NCBI RefSeq assembly: GCF_009914755.1
Contig: NC_060927.1
Direction: 5' to 3' (one strand)
Source of the DNA: the human T2T-CHM13v2.0 reference genome, Homo sapiens
DNA length: 64,000 nucleotides
Shown: in pieces, positions 46,069 to 58,886 of the stretch
Position numbering within the stretch: the first letter of the stretch is position 1
How the letters are laid out: each line of letters opens with the position of its first letter
The notes under the pieces: generated by a model
The model's input: only the letters and a program-made list of their open reading frames with translations
What the model was told of the DNA's origin: nothing
The model's database searches: none
Position numbers and translations under genes: made by a program

Positions 46069-46450
46069 AGAATGTGCAATGCAAATGAAATTTCTTTAGT
46101 TGTTAAAATCAAGCCAGTTTTCCTCAAGAGCTTCCACAATGCTATATTGGAAGAGGATGGGTGGACGTATTTGAAAATTGAACTTACATATTTACATCGT
46201 CACACTCTTTCCTGGTTGAATAGTCCCTTTTGGATATATTTTTTTTTAACTATTTGAAACAGGGATAAAATTATATGTCTCGTTCCTTTCTTGTGCTTGA
46301 TCTACCTCTTCCTTTTCCCTGCCATGTACTTCAATGAGGATTACAATTGTTGATAAGATTTCTTCTAATCTTGCAGTAAAGGCAAAAATGGAAACACAAC
46401 TCTTATCAGGAAAAGGAGGAAGCATGCCAGCGTTTTATATTGAATCTAAT

Positions 46451-46602
46451 AAGCTACACACAGACACACAGACACACACACACACACATACACTTGGGTA
46501 AAGCCTTCATTAAATTACCATACACCACAGAGATTCTAAATAACTGTATATGTGACTTTCATAATGCTAATGTTGAACTATCAGTTGAGGTGCCCAAAAG
46601 CA
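46451..46602 (+). repeat. ~150-bp diverged direct duplication of 50052-50188
   Basis: aagctacac(CA-rich)...ttcattaaattac...agagattctaaata...ttcataatgct.atgttgaact...gaggtgcccaaaagca shared; the ORF-track peptides 46440 and 50036 are visibly paralogous. Confidence 0.9.
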
Positions 46603-48266
46603 TGCCAGTTCCACCAGAAGCTAATATTAATTTAGCTTTTCTAGTGGCCACATGTGTCTACATCTCTGGAGTAGAATCTTTTACTACTCTCTCATGAAAG
46701 CAAAATTCTTAATACTGTTCTAGTGAATTTGACTCTCTCTGTGAGAAACCATGTGTATCCTCCCAATCATCCTGAATCTCAGCTTTCTGTCCATCCATTG
46801 TAATAGCTCTGTAGAAACAGGATAGAAATGGCATTAAAAAAATGGCAACTGGAAGAGACTTAGGCCCACTGGTCAGTTTGCTACTTTAGTCTTGGCTATT
46901 TTTTTCTTAGGCCAGAGTTTTTAAAGCATGAATAAATCTAGTCAGTTTCAGCTCTCTGGAAGGAAAGTTTCAGCATTTATTTGTTTAACTTTCCAAAGCA
47001 GTCCAAAAGCATTACCTGAAGGTAGAACTTAGAATTGGATTTCTAGTCCCAGAGGATACCATTGTTGCCGCTAGAGTCAGTCTAAAGCCCTAGCAGGTAA
47101 CGAGCACATTTGCAGTTAGAGTCTATTAATAAACTGATGAAAGCTCACTGGTTAACAGCCGAAGAATGCCATTTAATGCTCTCTTTTGCTTTTAATGGAC
47201 TGAAACCTGTTAAAATGCTGCTAAATAATAAGGCAAATTTTTCTGGCAGTTGATAGACTAACAGAAACACACACACACTAAGTAGAGGGAATGATTCCAA
47301 TAAGCTCTGCACCAAAAGCAGCTGCAACGTAGCAAAGTTAGAGTCTACACGGTCCAGGGAGCCCCAAAGAAAGACTGGAGATAGAACTCAAGATGTTCCA
47401 TTCAGATAGAACTTCTATGATTACATTATCAACTTTCCTGGGGCTATTAAATCAGTGGAGCAAAAAATAGGCACATTTGGTCCATAGACAGAGAAAGCTG
47501 GGTATAGCAAAGAGAGGATTTAAATGGCACAGCAGATGTCTCAGGGCTCTCGTATCAGGTGCATGCTCTAAAGGGCTCTTCTGAGGGCTCTAATGCAGAA
47601 AATGGCTTATTGAGCACAAAAATGAAAGAAGTTAGGGGATAGAGTTTTAAAGACTTTCCTCATTCTTTAACTTCCCAGATGGGTTATTTCTATCTATTTT
47701 TAGACATGTGATGTCAAACCAACCAATTGATGCAGTCATTTCAGTGAGATTTTGGCTTTTGTGACACCTGTCTGGATTCAACTTCACTTATCAACACTAG
47801 TGTTTTTCCAGCTAGAGGCATTCATTTATCTGCCTCATATCTGCCCCATCCTGTGCTACAGGTTGCCCTTGATGGGCAATGGGTTATGGACCTCTAGAAG
47901 TCTAGGAAGTTCCTGGTTCCAGACCTCCAGCACATTGTGAAGCTCCTGGTTGGGTCAGAATGTGGCCTAATATGAAGGGCATACCAATCTTCTGGTTATG
48001 GAGACCTCTTTCTGACTTCCTTCTTTGTCTGGACCTGAACACAACCTTCTTCTGACCACTTGAGAGGCTACCATTCATCCTTTACATAAGTTCCTAAAAT
48101 TCTTTTGCTTCAAACACATGGCTCTGGTTTGAAGCAAACACATAGCTTAAACCTTATATAAATCTGAATTTAGCCTCTGCTTTCCTTAGCTATCATTATC
48201 AACATGTCTTTCCTATTGTCCCAGTTTTTCCTTTGCTCTCCAACTCTTGTTGTCCTGACTCATCTC

Positions 48267-48451
48267 TTTTGTATTTTTTATATTTTTATTTATTTATACT
48301 TTTAGAGCTGAGGTGTCTAACTCTGCCACTAAGGCTGGATTGCAGTGGTGCAATCATAGCTCACTGCAGCCACAAACTCCTAGGCTCAAGCAATCCTCCT
48401 ACCTCAGCCTCCTGAGTAGTTGGGGCAACAGGTGTGTGTCACCACGTCTGG
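48267..48451 (-). mobile_element. FRAM / AluJ right monomer
   Basis: gcaatcatagctcactgcagcc...ggctcaagcaatcctcctacctcagcctcc. Confidence 0.85.
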
Positions 48452-48509
48452 CTCTTCTTTTGCTCTTGCTGTTATTCCAATCCAAAAAAAAATTTTCAAA
48501 TAAAAAATA

Positions 48510-48790
48510 TCATGATGCTAGGTTTAATTCCCACCTCACGTGCTCTTCTTACAATACAATGTGACTGTCACTCTATCATCATCAGATGGAATCTATCCCC
48601 TACCCCTTTATGCCTGTCTCAACCAATAGAGTATGATGAGAGGGTGTTGTGACTTTACAGTAAAAGTCATAAAAGGAAATACAGCTTCAGCCTAGCTGTC
48701 TTTTTGTAACTCAGATGTGATATTGTGAAAAAGCCTAGGCAATATGTATGGAGAGGTCACTAGTGGGTACTCTGGCAGACAGCCCCAGCT
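48510..48790 (+). mobile_element. MaLR LTR (MLT1G/H-like), 5' half
   Basis: aaccaatagagtatgatg...gtcataaaaggaaatacagcttcagcctagct...ctctggcagacagccccagctg, interrupted by the right repeat arm. Confidence 0.75.
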
Positions 48791-49458
48791 GTGATATGAC
48801 TGATGTGAGCCTTTATCAGGTATCATTGTCAAATTTGAGTCTCTGAATGAAATGTGTGTGTTTGAAAGGCCAGTACTTGGGTTTATGAGACTTGGCTCCT
48901 TTTCTTCATATGTAGTTATAAATTAATGCGTACAGTGATACCTCATTTCAAGTTGGGTGCTCATATGCATGCATGACTCAATCTTGATCATCAGTCAGAT
49001 TAGCCTCATTATTCACTGAGCATCACTTCCACTCAGCTGGTCATCGGCTGAATTTGTGACTCTCTAGATAAATTGTTTCAATCTCTCTGCTAAGCCAGTT
49101 TTCAGAGACGGCCAACTTCTAAATTGGCAGCTATAAAAATCATCAGCTGGTGACCCAATCCTAACACAGGATCCTGTGTTAGGTAGGTGTTTTAAGATAA
49201 TTCATTGCTATCAAGGAGCTTTCAGTCTTGCTTAGTAGAGAAAACTGAAATGTAAATACTGTGAGGTGTGCCTAAAAGTACAGGCAAAAGGGGTGGTACA
49301 GATGTGGTGATGGTGGTAGTGGGATTCAGATAAAGGGGTTTTTTTTTGGGAAAAGAAGATGAGATTTGGACTCAGACATTAGGTTTCTAATCTCAGCTGT
49401 ACCATTTAATTTTCTTCATCTGTCAAGTAACAAATCATAGGGAGGATGATCAATAATG
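48788..49458 (-). repeat. Inverted repeat, right arm (671 bp; derived copy inserted into MLT1)
   Basis: Reverse complement of 43889-44558, ~99.6% identical. Confidence 0.98.
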
Positions 49459-49690
49459 GGCAGCATCAACAGCTTGACATAAGTCAGGAAGGCTTTGAGA
49501 TGACTCTACACAAACTGCCATTTAACTATAACATAAAAGAAACACCCCCTATTCCCCATCTAAGAAAAAAACCCTGCCTACTTAATCACAGTTAACCACC
49601 AGAATCATTAAAGATATTAATAATAAATGATAGAGTTTTTTCACTACCAAGTTTGAGTTGGTTTGTCTGCATACACAGATAACTGGAACA
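49459..49690 (+). mobile_element. MaLR LTR (MLT1G/H-like), 3' half
   Basis: cagcatcaacagcttgacat...taataaatga...caagtttgagttggtttgt...agataactggaaca (typical MLT1 3' end). Confidence 0.75.
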
Positions 49691-49726
49691 ATCATAAATA
49701 GCTTAATATTTGGAGGTATCTAAATT

Positions 49727-49922
49727 AGAGATTTACAAACTATGGCCAAAGTAGGCTTGCTGCCTGTTTTGGTAAAGAAACTTTGATTGGAATACAGCCA
49801 TGCTCATTCATTTACATGTTGCCAATGGTTGCTGTCATGCAAGTGTCAGAATTGAATAGTTATGACAGAGGCTAAAATACTTACTACATGATCCCTTGCA
49901 GAAAAAATAATTGCTAAACACT
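49727..49922. mobile_element. MER58A-like hAT-Charlie MITE
   Basis: caaactatggcc...gctgcctgttttggtaaag...ttggaatacagccatgctcattcatttac. Confidence 0.8.
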
Positions 49923-50609
49923 ACGTAATAGCCAACTGGATGACTTCTCTTTTTCTACTTTTGACAGTGGATATTTACCATGCTGGAACCTAAAGTACTT
50001 GTATCCTATCCAGCTATGTAAAATTTTACTTTTATTTGCACACTAAAGGTAAAGCTACACACACACAGACACACATACACACACATTTAGATAAAGCTTT
50101 CATTAAATTACAACATACCATAGAGATTCTAAATACCATATATGTAATTTTTCATAATGCTGATGTTGAACTGAGGTGCCCAAAAGCAAATACACTCACT
50201 GACCCAACCAGGAAGTGAAACATTATAATAAATGTTTTATTTTTCTTTTTGCAATAAATAAAAAGATGGCTGATACAATCAGAAACTCCTTGTGCAGAAG
50301 CTTACATTGAGTAGGATTTTGATGAGAATAAAGCAAAGTCTTTCTAAGGTTTTTAAGTAATGACAAATATTCTTAAAAACCAATAGCTTAAAAATCAATA
50401 GCTAAATAACCAATTATTAAAAACCAATAGCTAAATTGAATCAACTTGATGACAAAGTGCCCACAAATTGAATGGGTTTGCTTTACGGATTCTAAATGGT
50501 TTTTTATAAACAAACAAAAACAAACAAACAAGAAACAAGACCAAAAAAAAAAAAAAAACTTTGTCAATATACTCCCATTTGATTTCTTTTACTACTCTTC
50601 GTATTACTA

Positions 50610-51093
<484 letters not shown>

Positions 51094-51281
51094 TTATATC
51101 ATTATTCCAGTTATAGTTATTAGGTTAGTTTTTTAATACAAAGGCATATAATCTGGTTAGAATCTTGGACTACACTAAAGAAAGAAACTGATTTTATCTA
51201 TTCTTGCTAGAGCAAGGCACTTTTTAAAGATCCATTCATCTCTCAGGATGGTGAGTACTTCCTCCTGACTAGGACACAAAA

Positions 51282-51307
51282 ATTGATACATACTAGTATG
51301 TATCAAT
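51282..51307. repeat. Perfect 26-bp palindrome attgatacatactagtatgtatcaat
   Basis: Self-reverse-complementary, no loop. Confidence 0.95.
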
Positions 51308-51760
51308 AACTGAAAATAACAAGAAGGCAGATGCTAAGTCACCAACATATTTTTTCTGTATTATTTAGCAAATGAGAGATTTATGTTTCTACTAGTAGAG
51401 AGATAACTATGATTTCTGTCCCATTTCTTATATTCATGGTCTTCTGTGAAGCAAATTCTTTAAAATGGAAATGTTGATAACTTAGAAATAACTTTTAAGC
51501 TTTCTCTTTTTGGATGAGGCTAAAATGTAATATTTTAGATGATGCCATATTGAAATGTTTAAAAAGCTATATAAATTAAAACTATACTTTTATTCATGTT
51601 TAGGAAATTGACACCTTTGTATGAAAAACTATGACCTCTGAACTCTGGACTACACTAACTTATTTTTAAGTAACACTATATACTGATCTAAAATGTCTTA
51701 GTAATATAGGGAGAAGCATGCATTTATGGGCCATGAACAAATCCCTTTTAGGTTAATGGA

Positions 51761-51892
51761 TTTTTTCTTTTTTTTTTTGAGATGGGTCTGGCTATGTTGG
51801 CCAGAGTGGTCTTGAACTCCTAGTCTCAAGCAATCCTCCCATCTCTGCTCCCAAAGTGTTAGGATTACAGCTATGAGCCACTGTGCCCAGCC
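51761..51892 (-). mobile_element. FLAM (free left Alu monomer)
   Basis: Single ~130-bp monomer gagatgggtctggctatgttggccag...tgagccactgtgcccagcc. Confidence 0.88.
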
Positions 51893-54343
51893 TAGATTTT
51901 TAATTGTCAAAATTACTGTACTAAAGATCACCTTAGTTGCCTAAAAGAATTAAAGCACTTTTCCAAAGCAATAATTCCAAGGAGAACATACATATCCTGC
52001 AAAACTCTAATCTCTTTCAATGTAGGTAATCTTGTATCTTTAGCTGATAATTCTGTATATTCATATTGAAAAATTAACATTTGACTGCAAGAAAAACAGG
52101 CTTTTTTTTCCTTTGTCTTTAAGACTTGGGTTTTGTTATTCCAGAGAATTCTGTCATCGTCTAGATAGCATTACAAGAGCAAGCATAAATAGAAAAACCA
52201 AAGTTGAAATGATTTCTCATGCAAATCCAAAATTATCTACTATAAATTTTACACAAAGAGATCAAAGATGTTACTTTCCAATTACCCACAGAGCTTTTCT
52301 TTCTGGCAAAATAATAGCATGATTTTTATTAACAAAATGTAAACCAAGAAAAAGACTTGGTCCTTGACCTTATCTTCTCTTACCAGCTTCCATGCAGGTG
52401 AAAACCACAATAAATATGTGAAGAACATAAACTGTAGGCAGGCACATTAGAGCCTTTTAACAGTTACAGGGTCTTATGTGTAAAGAATAGTATTTACACC
52501 AAAATCCTTAGGAGTGTTTGAGGGTTCTGTAAAATGAAAGGAACTACCTTGAGTAATATAGCAGACATGGTGATATCAGTTAGCAACCAAAATTGGGGTT
52601 AGTGCTAAGGAGGATTATGGGAAGATTAAGTTTAAGTGTTTTGCTGCCTAACAGGAGACAGCAAGGCAAAGGCCCCGGGAGGAATCAAAACGCCACTCAA
52701 ACTCTAGCTCCACTTCTTACGGATTTTTTATCTTGGTCAATTTTCCTAACTCAGAACCTGGTTTCTTTATCTGTAAATTTAAGAACATTTACCTCCAAGA
52801 GTTAGGTATTCCCATAATCTTTACAAGCCTCTAGCACAAAACTTCTCAACCACTTTATCACAGCTTTTTGTTCTCTGTCTCCTCCATTTAAATGAATCAC
52901 TAGAGGACAGAAGCTACATCTCATGACTAGAAATACTGAGTACTCAATGTTGATTAAATGAAACATTTCATCAAAGGATTTATTTTATAAATTACATACC
53001 CTTGACATTAAGTTTAACAAATACTGGTTAACAATATCTGTGTCCCCGTCTACCTCCTTTATAGGAAAAGATTATTTCAGTTGCTCTAGACGTTCATGGC
53101 ACTGTATCTGCTATTTTCTTCAAACAAATATTTTCTACCCTGGATTATATTTTGTGTACCATCCAGAGTGAAGATATCTTAAGGCTAGAACTCCTGTTCT
53201 GCATTAGTTTTCATTGCTTCGATATCTCATATATTACAACAATATTTGTAGATTTAAGAATGAATATGAATTAATAGATAGATAAAAGGAAAAATAAATA
53301 ACCTCGAGTTCCATAAGTCAGACTCAAATCCCTATTTCAGTGAAGGGTAAGAATGATTTTTTTTTTTTCCCACAAACTCTTCTACTTAATAAGCAGTGTA
53401 GAAGAAAGCATTGTTTTCTTTCTAGCTTTACCTAATTCTACTAGAGAGCTGGCAGAGAAATAGAAAGTATGGCAAAAAATAACATAAGTTCCAACAGCAC
53501 AATGAAAATAGAAATCAATCCTAAGAATATCACTCAAAACCTTATAGTTACATGGAAATTAAACACCCTGCTCCTGAATTACTTTGGGTAAATAATGAAA
53601 TTAAGGCAGAAATCAAGAAATTCTTTGAAACTAATGAGTGCAAAGGTACAACATACCACAACCTCTGCACAGCTAAGGCAGTTTAAGAGGGAAATTTATA
53701 GCACTAAAGGCCCACATTGAAAAGTGAAGAAGATATCAAATTAACAACCTAACATCACAATTAGAGAAACTGGAGAAACAAGAGGAAACCAGCCCCAAAA
53801 CTGGCAGAAGACAAGAAATAAAGAAAATCAAAGCTGAACTGAAGGAAAGTGAGATGTAAAAAAACATACAAAAGATCAACAAATCCAGGAGTTGGCTTTT
53901 TGAAAGAATTAATAGATAGATAAAACACTAGCTAGACTAAGAAAGAAAAAAGAGAGAAGTTTGAAATAAACATGATCAGAAATGATAAACGAGATATGAC
54001 TACTGACCCCACAGAAATACACAAAACCCTCAGAGACTACTATGAATACGTTTATGCACACAAGCTAGAAAACCTAGAAGAGATGGATAAATTCCTGGAA
54101 ACATACAATCTTCCAAGATTGAACAAGGAAGAAATTGAATCCCTGAAAAAACCAATAACAAGTTCCAAAATTGAATCAGTGATAAAAAGCCTGGTAACCC
54201 CAAAAAGCCCAGGACCAGGGAAATTCACAGCTGAATTCTACCAGATGTATAAAGATGAGCAGGTATTATTCCCACTGAAACTCTTCTAAAAAACTTGAGG
54301 CGGAGGCACTTCTCCCCAACTCATTCTATGAGGCCAGCATCAT

Positions 54344-54475
54344 CTTGATACCTAAAGTTGGCAGAGATAAAAAGTAAATAAATATATATATAATTTATAT
54401 ATATATTTATTTACATATATTTATGTATTATATATATTTATTTACTCTTTATCTCTGCCAACTTTAGGTATCAAG
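54344..54475. repeat. AT-rich fold-back inverted duplication (47-bp arms, 1 mismatch) with nested perfect 20-bp-arm palindrome
   Basis: cttgatacctaaagttggcagagataaa...tttatctctgccaactttaggtatcaag; nested palindrome at 54374-54414. Confidence 0.93.
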
Positions 54476-54482
54476 TATATAT

Positions 54483-54736
54483 GTATATATCATATATACA
54501 CACATATATTTGATATATATATCATATATACACACATATATTTGATATATATATCATATATACATATATATACACACATATTTGATATATATATCATATA
54601 TATACATATATATACACATATATTTGATATATATATCATATATATATACACATATTTGATATATATATCATATATATATACACACATATATTTGATATAT
54701 ATATCATATATATATATACACACATATATATCTGAT
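54483..54736 (+). repeat. AT-rich minisatellite, about 7 units of 32-42 bp (atatatatcatatata...cacatatatttgat)
   Basis: Read directly; units differ in TA/CA copy number. Confidence 0.92.
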
Positions 54737-55694
54737 ATACTTCAGGTCAATATCCTTGATGAACATAGATGCCAAAGTCCTCAACAAAATACTAGCAAAC
54801 CTAACCCAGCAGCACATCAAAAAGCGAATCTACCATAATCAAATAGGCTTTCTCCCTGAAGTACAGGGTTGGTTCAACATACACAAATCAATAAATGTGA
54901 CTCATCACATAAAGAGAACAAAGACAAAACTGCATGATTATTTTGATAGATACAAAAAAGACTTTCAATAAAATTTAACATCGCATCTTATAAAAAACTC
55001 TCAACAAACTAAGCATTAAAGGAGCATACTTCAAAATAATTAAGAGCTGTGCATGACAAACCCATACCCAACATCATACTGAATGGGCAAAGCTGGAAGA
55101 ATTACCCTTGAGAACCGAAACAAGACAAGGATGGCCTCTCTCACGACTCCTATCCAACACAGCACTGGAAATCCTGGCCAGAGCAATCAGGCAAGAGAAA
55201 GAAAGAAAAGGCATCTAAATCAGAAGAGAAGAATTCAAACTATCCCTATTTGCAGATGATATGATCCTGTATCTAGAAAACCCCATAGTCTCTGCCCAAA
55301 AGCTCCTAGATCTAACAACAACTTCAGCAAAACTTTGGGATACTAAATCAATGTACAAAAATCAGTAGTATTCCTACACACAAACAACATCCAAGCTGAG
55401 AGCCAAATGAAGAATGCAATCCCATTCACAACAGTCAAGAAAAGAATAAAATAGCTGGAAATACAGTTAACCAGGAGATGAAAGATATCTACAAGAATTA
55501 CAAAACACTGTGCAAATAAAATATAGGTGAGACAAACAAATGAAAAAACACTCCATGCTCATGGATAGAAAGAATTAATATTGTTAAAATGGCCAGACTG
55601 CCCAAAACAATTGATAGATTCAATGCTATTCCTATCAAACTACCAATGACACTCTTCACAGAATTATTTAAAAAAATTTTTTTTAAATTCATAT

Positions 55695-56009
55695 GGCCAG
55701 GTGCGATGGCTCACACCTGTAATCCCAGCAATTTGGGAGGCTGAGGTGGGCAGATAATTCACTTGAGGCCAGGTGTTTGAGACCAGCCTGGGCAATATGG
55801 CAAAACCCTGTCTCTACTAAAAATACAAAAATTAGCTGGGTGAGGTGGCTCATGCCTGTAGTCCCAGCTACTCAGGAGGCTGAGGTGGGATAATCACTTG
55901 AACCTGAGAGGTAGAGGTTGCAGTGAGCGGAGATCATGCCACTGCACTCCAGCTTGGGCAACAGAGTGAGACGCTGTCTCAAAAATATAATAAAAAATAA
56001 AAATAATAA
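55695..56009 (+). mobile_element. Alu SINE inserted in the L1
   Basis: Full dimer; degenerate TSD aaattcatatgg / aaactcttacgg. Confidence 0.93.
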
Positions 56010-56828
56010 AACTCTTACGGAACCAGAAAAGAACCCAAATAGCCAAAGCAATCCTAAGCAAAAAGAACAAAGCTGGCGGTATCACATTACCCAAATTCAA
56101 ACTGCAAGCCTACAGTAACCAAAACAGCAAGGTACTGGTACAAAAACAGGCACATAAACCAATGAAACAGAATAGAAAGCCCAGAAATAATGCTTCACCC
56201 CCACAACCATCTGATCTTCAACAAAATAAACAAAAACGAGCCATGGGGAAAGGACTCCCTATTCAATAAATGGTACTGGGATAAGTAGTTAGCTATATGC
56301 AGAAGATTGAAATTGGACATTTTCCTTAGATCATATAGAAAAATCAACTCAAGATGGATTAAAGACTTAAAGGTAAAATCTAAAATGACAGAAAAACACC
56401 AGGAGATAACCTAGGAAATACCATTCTGGACGTAGGATCTGACAAAGATTTCATGACAAAGATGCCAAAAGCAATTGCAACAAAAAAAAAATTTGACAAA
56501 TGGGACCTAAAGAGCTTCTGTATAGCAAAAGAAACTGTCAACAGAGTAAACAGACAACCTACAGAATGGAAGAATATATTTGCAAACTATCAATTCGATG
56601 AAGTTCTGCTATCTAGAATCTATAAGGAACTTAAATTTACAAGCAAAAAACAAGCAACCTCATTAAGAAATGGACAAAGAACATGAACAATTTTCAAAAG
56701 AAGACATACACATGGCCAAAAAGCATAGGAAAAAATGCTCAACATCACTAATCATTATAGAAATGCAAATCCCAACCACAATGAGATGCCACCTCACACT
56801 GGTCAGAATGGCTATTAATAACAAGTCA

Positions 56829-57149
<321 letters not shown>

Positions 57150-58886
57150 CTATTGGTGGGAGTGTAAACTAGTTCAGCCATGATGGAAAGCAGTCTGGTG
57201 ATTCCTTAAATAATGTAAAACATAATTACAATTAGACCCAGCAACCCCTTTTTTGAGTATATCTCCAAAGGAACATAAATCATTCTACCATAAAGACACA
57301 TGCATCCATTATGTTACTTGCAGTACGATTCACAATAGCAAAGACATGGAATCAACCTAATGCCCATCAATGGTAGACTGGATAAGGAAAATTTGGTACA
57401 TATACACCATGGAATACTATGTAAACATTAAAAAAGAACAAGATCATGTCTTTGCAGCAATGTGGATGGAGGCGGGGGCCATTATCCTAAGCGAACTAAC
57501 ACAGGGATGGAAAACCAAATACTGCATATTTTCACTTATGAATGGGAGCTAAATATTGATTACATATGAACACAAAGAAAGGAACAACAGACACCAGGGC
57601 CTATTTGAGATTGGAAGGTGGGAGAAGGGTGAGGATTGAAAAACTACATATTGGGTACTATGCTCATTACCTAGGTGATGAAATAAACTGGACCCCAAAC
57701 CCTGTGACATGCAATTTACCTGTATAACAAACCTTCAAATGCACCACTAAACCTAATAAAAGGGTTTTTAATTTGAAAAAAAAAAAACAAAAAACGAAAA
57801 ACAATAAAATAAGGCCCAAATGGGTCAGTATCATTACTGCTACACATTCTGCATTCTGACCTTCATCTTTAGGTTTGGCCAGGCATCAGCTATTAGTTTG
57901 TGGGTAATTGGTTTGAGCAATCACGTAAATATAAAATATTGTTAAGGCTACCCCACAAACTCAGTCATAACAAAAGTAAAGCAAACTAGAGACTGGTTAT
58001 ACACTGGAAGAGTGGCATAGACCCTACCCATGGGATTAATATGCTTTCTGCCCTCAGATTTAAACCCATACCCATGTCACAACGCAAAGTTGGATACATA
58101 GTCAATCCGACTCAATAGAGCTTTTTAAAATGTTCTTAACTCTCATTAGAAACTGAAGTAGCTCACTAATTTAGTGATGAATCTGAATGCAATTATGATA
58201 ATTAAAATAGCAATTTTATGCTGTCTCTGGGAAATGCTCAGCCCAATGGTGGCACATTCAAACTCTGAGCTACACTGGTTAATACCTTTGATTTGTATCA
58301 CAAAGTAGTTAAATGTAATAAAGTTCAATTAGTAAAACTTATTGATTATGTACATTCAAGTTGTTACTATGTACTTTGGTATGTGTTAGTTTTTACTATT
58401 AAAATAATTCCTAGCAAGATCTTCATAGAAACAAAAATAATACAGTACTATTTGCTAGGTTTAATGTAAAACTGTGCTAGTTGCTAGAATAAAGATGTAT
58501 GAAATTAAGGTGTATCCTTCATCAAGAAGCTGAAAATTTCATGGGGTTGACAAGCAGGAGGATAATACAATTTCAGTGAGTGCTAGGAATGAGTTTATGC
58601 AGAAGCCTAGAAGTAGGAATGAGCCAACTAAGAATATGAATGGATTTGTTCATGTTTCTGTGCACCCAGGCACATATGCATTGGCACACAACATGTGCAT
58701 TCTTTTGTGCGTTAGCATGTGAAGTGTGGGATGGGGTGAGGTATGATGGAGGAATATTCCAGGCAAAAGAACATACACACCTTGCTTTCAGTCCTCAAGT
58801 GAGGTAATTGGGCAGGAGTTGAGAAGAAATGTGTAAGACTGGCAAAAATGATAGGCAAGGGTTAGATCACTAAAGAGTTCTGATGC

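Noticed and set aside
46440-46697. Paralogous small ORFs (46440 and 50036) as a peptide gene family
   Set aside because: Similarity comes from the DNA duplication; both ORFs start at non-ATG codons, include a CA microsatellite and diverge in frame.
43889-49458. Inverted repeats as terminal inverted repeats of a 5.6-kb DNA transposon, or a recombinase-driven switch
   Set aside because: No TSD and no transposase or recombinase ORF; the left arm is continuous with a flanking MIR and the spacer is ordinary genomic DNA.
50375-50435. Short tandem array of aaaaccaatagct-like units (CCAAT cluster)
   Set aside because: A simple degenerate slippage repeat of about 4 units with no promoter context.
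51166-51658. 13-bp direct repeat tggactacactaa ~480 bp apart as a TSD
   Set aside because: No recognisable insert or polyA between the copies; could be chance.
54483-54736. Repeat-spacer pattern resembling a CRISPR array; Y/I-rich ORFs
   Set aside because: Eukaryotic context; the apparent spacers are TA/CA length variants of one unit, with no unique spacers and no cas genes. The ORFs are low-complexity artefacts.
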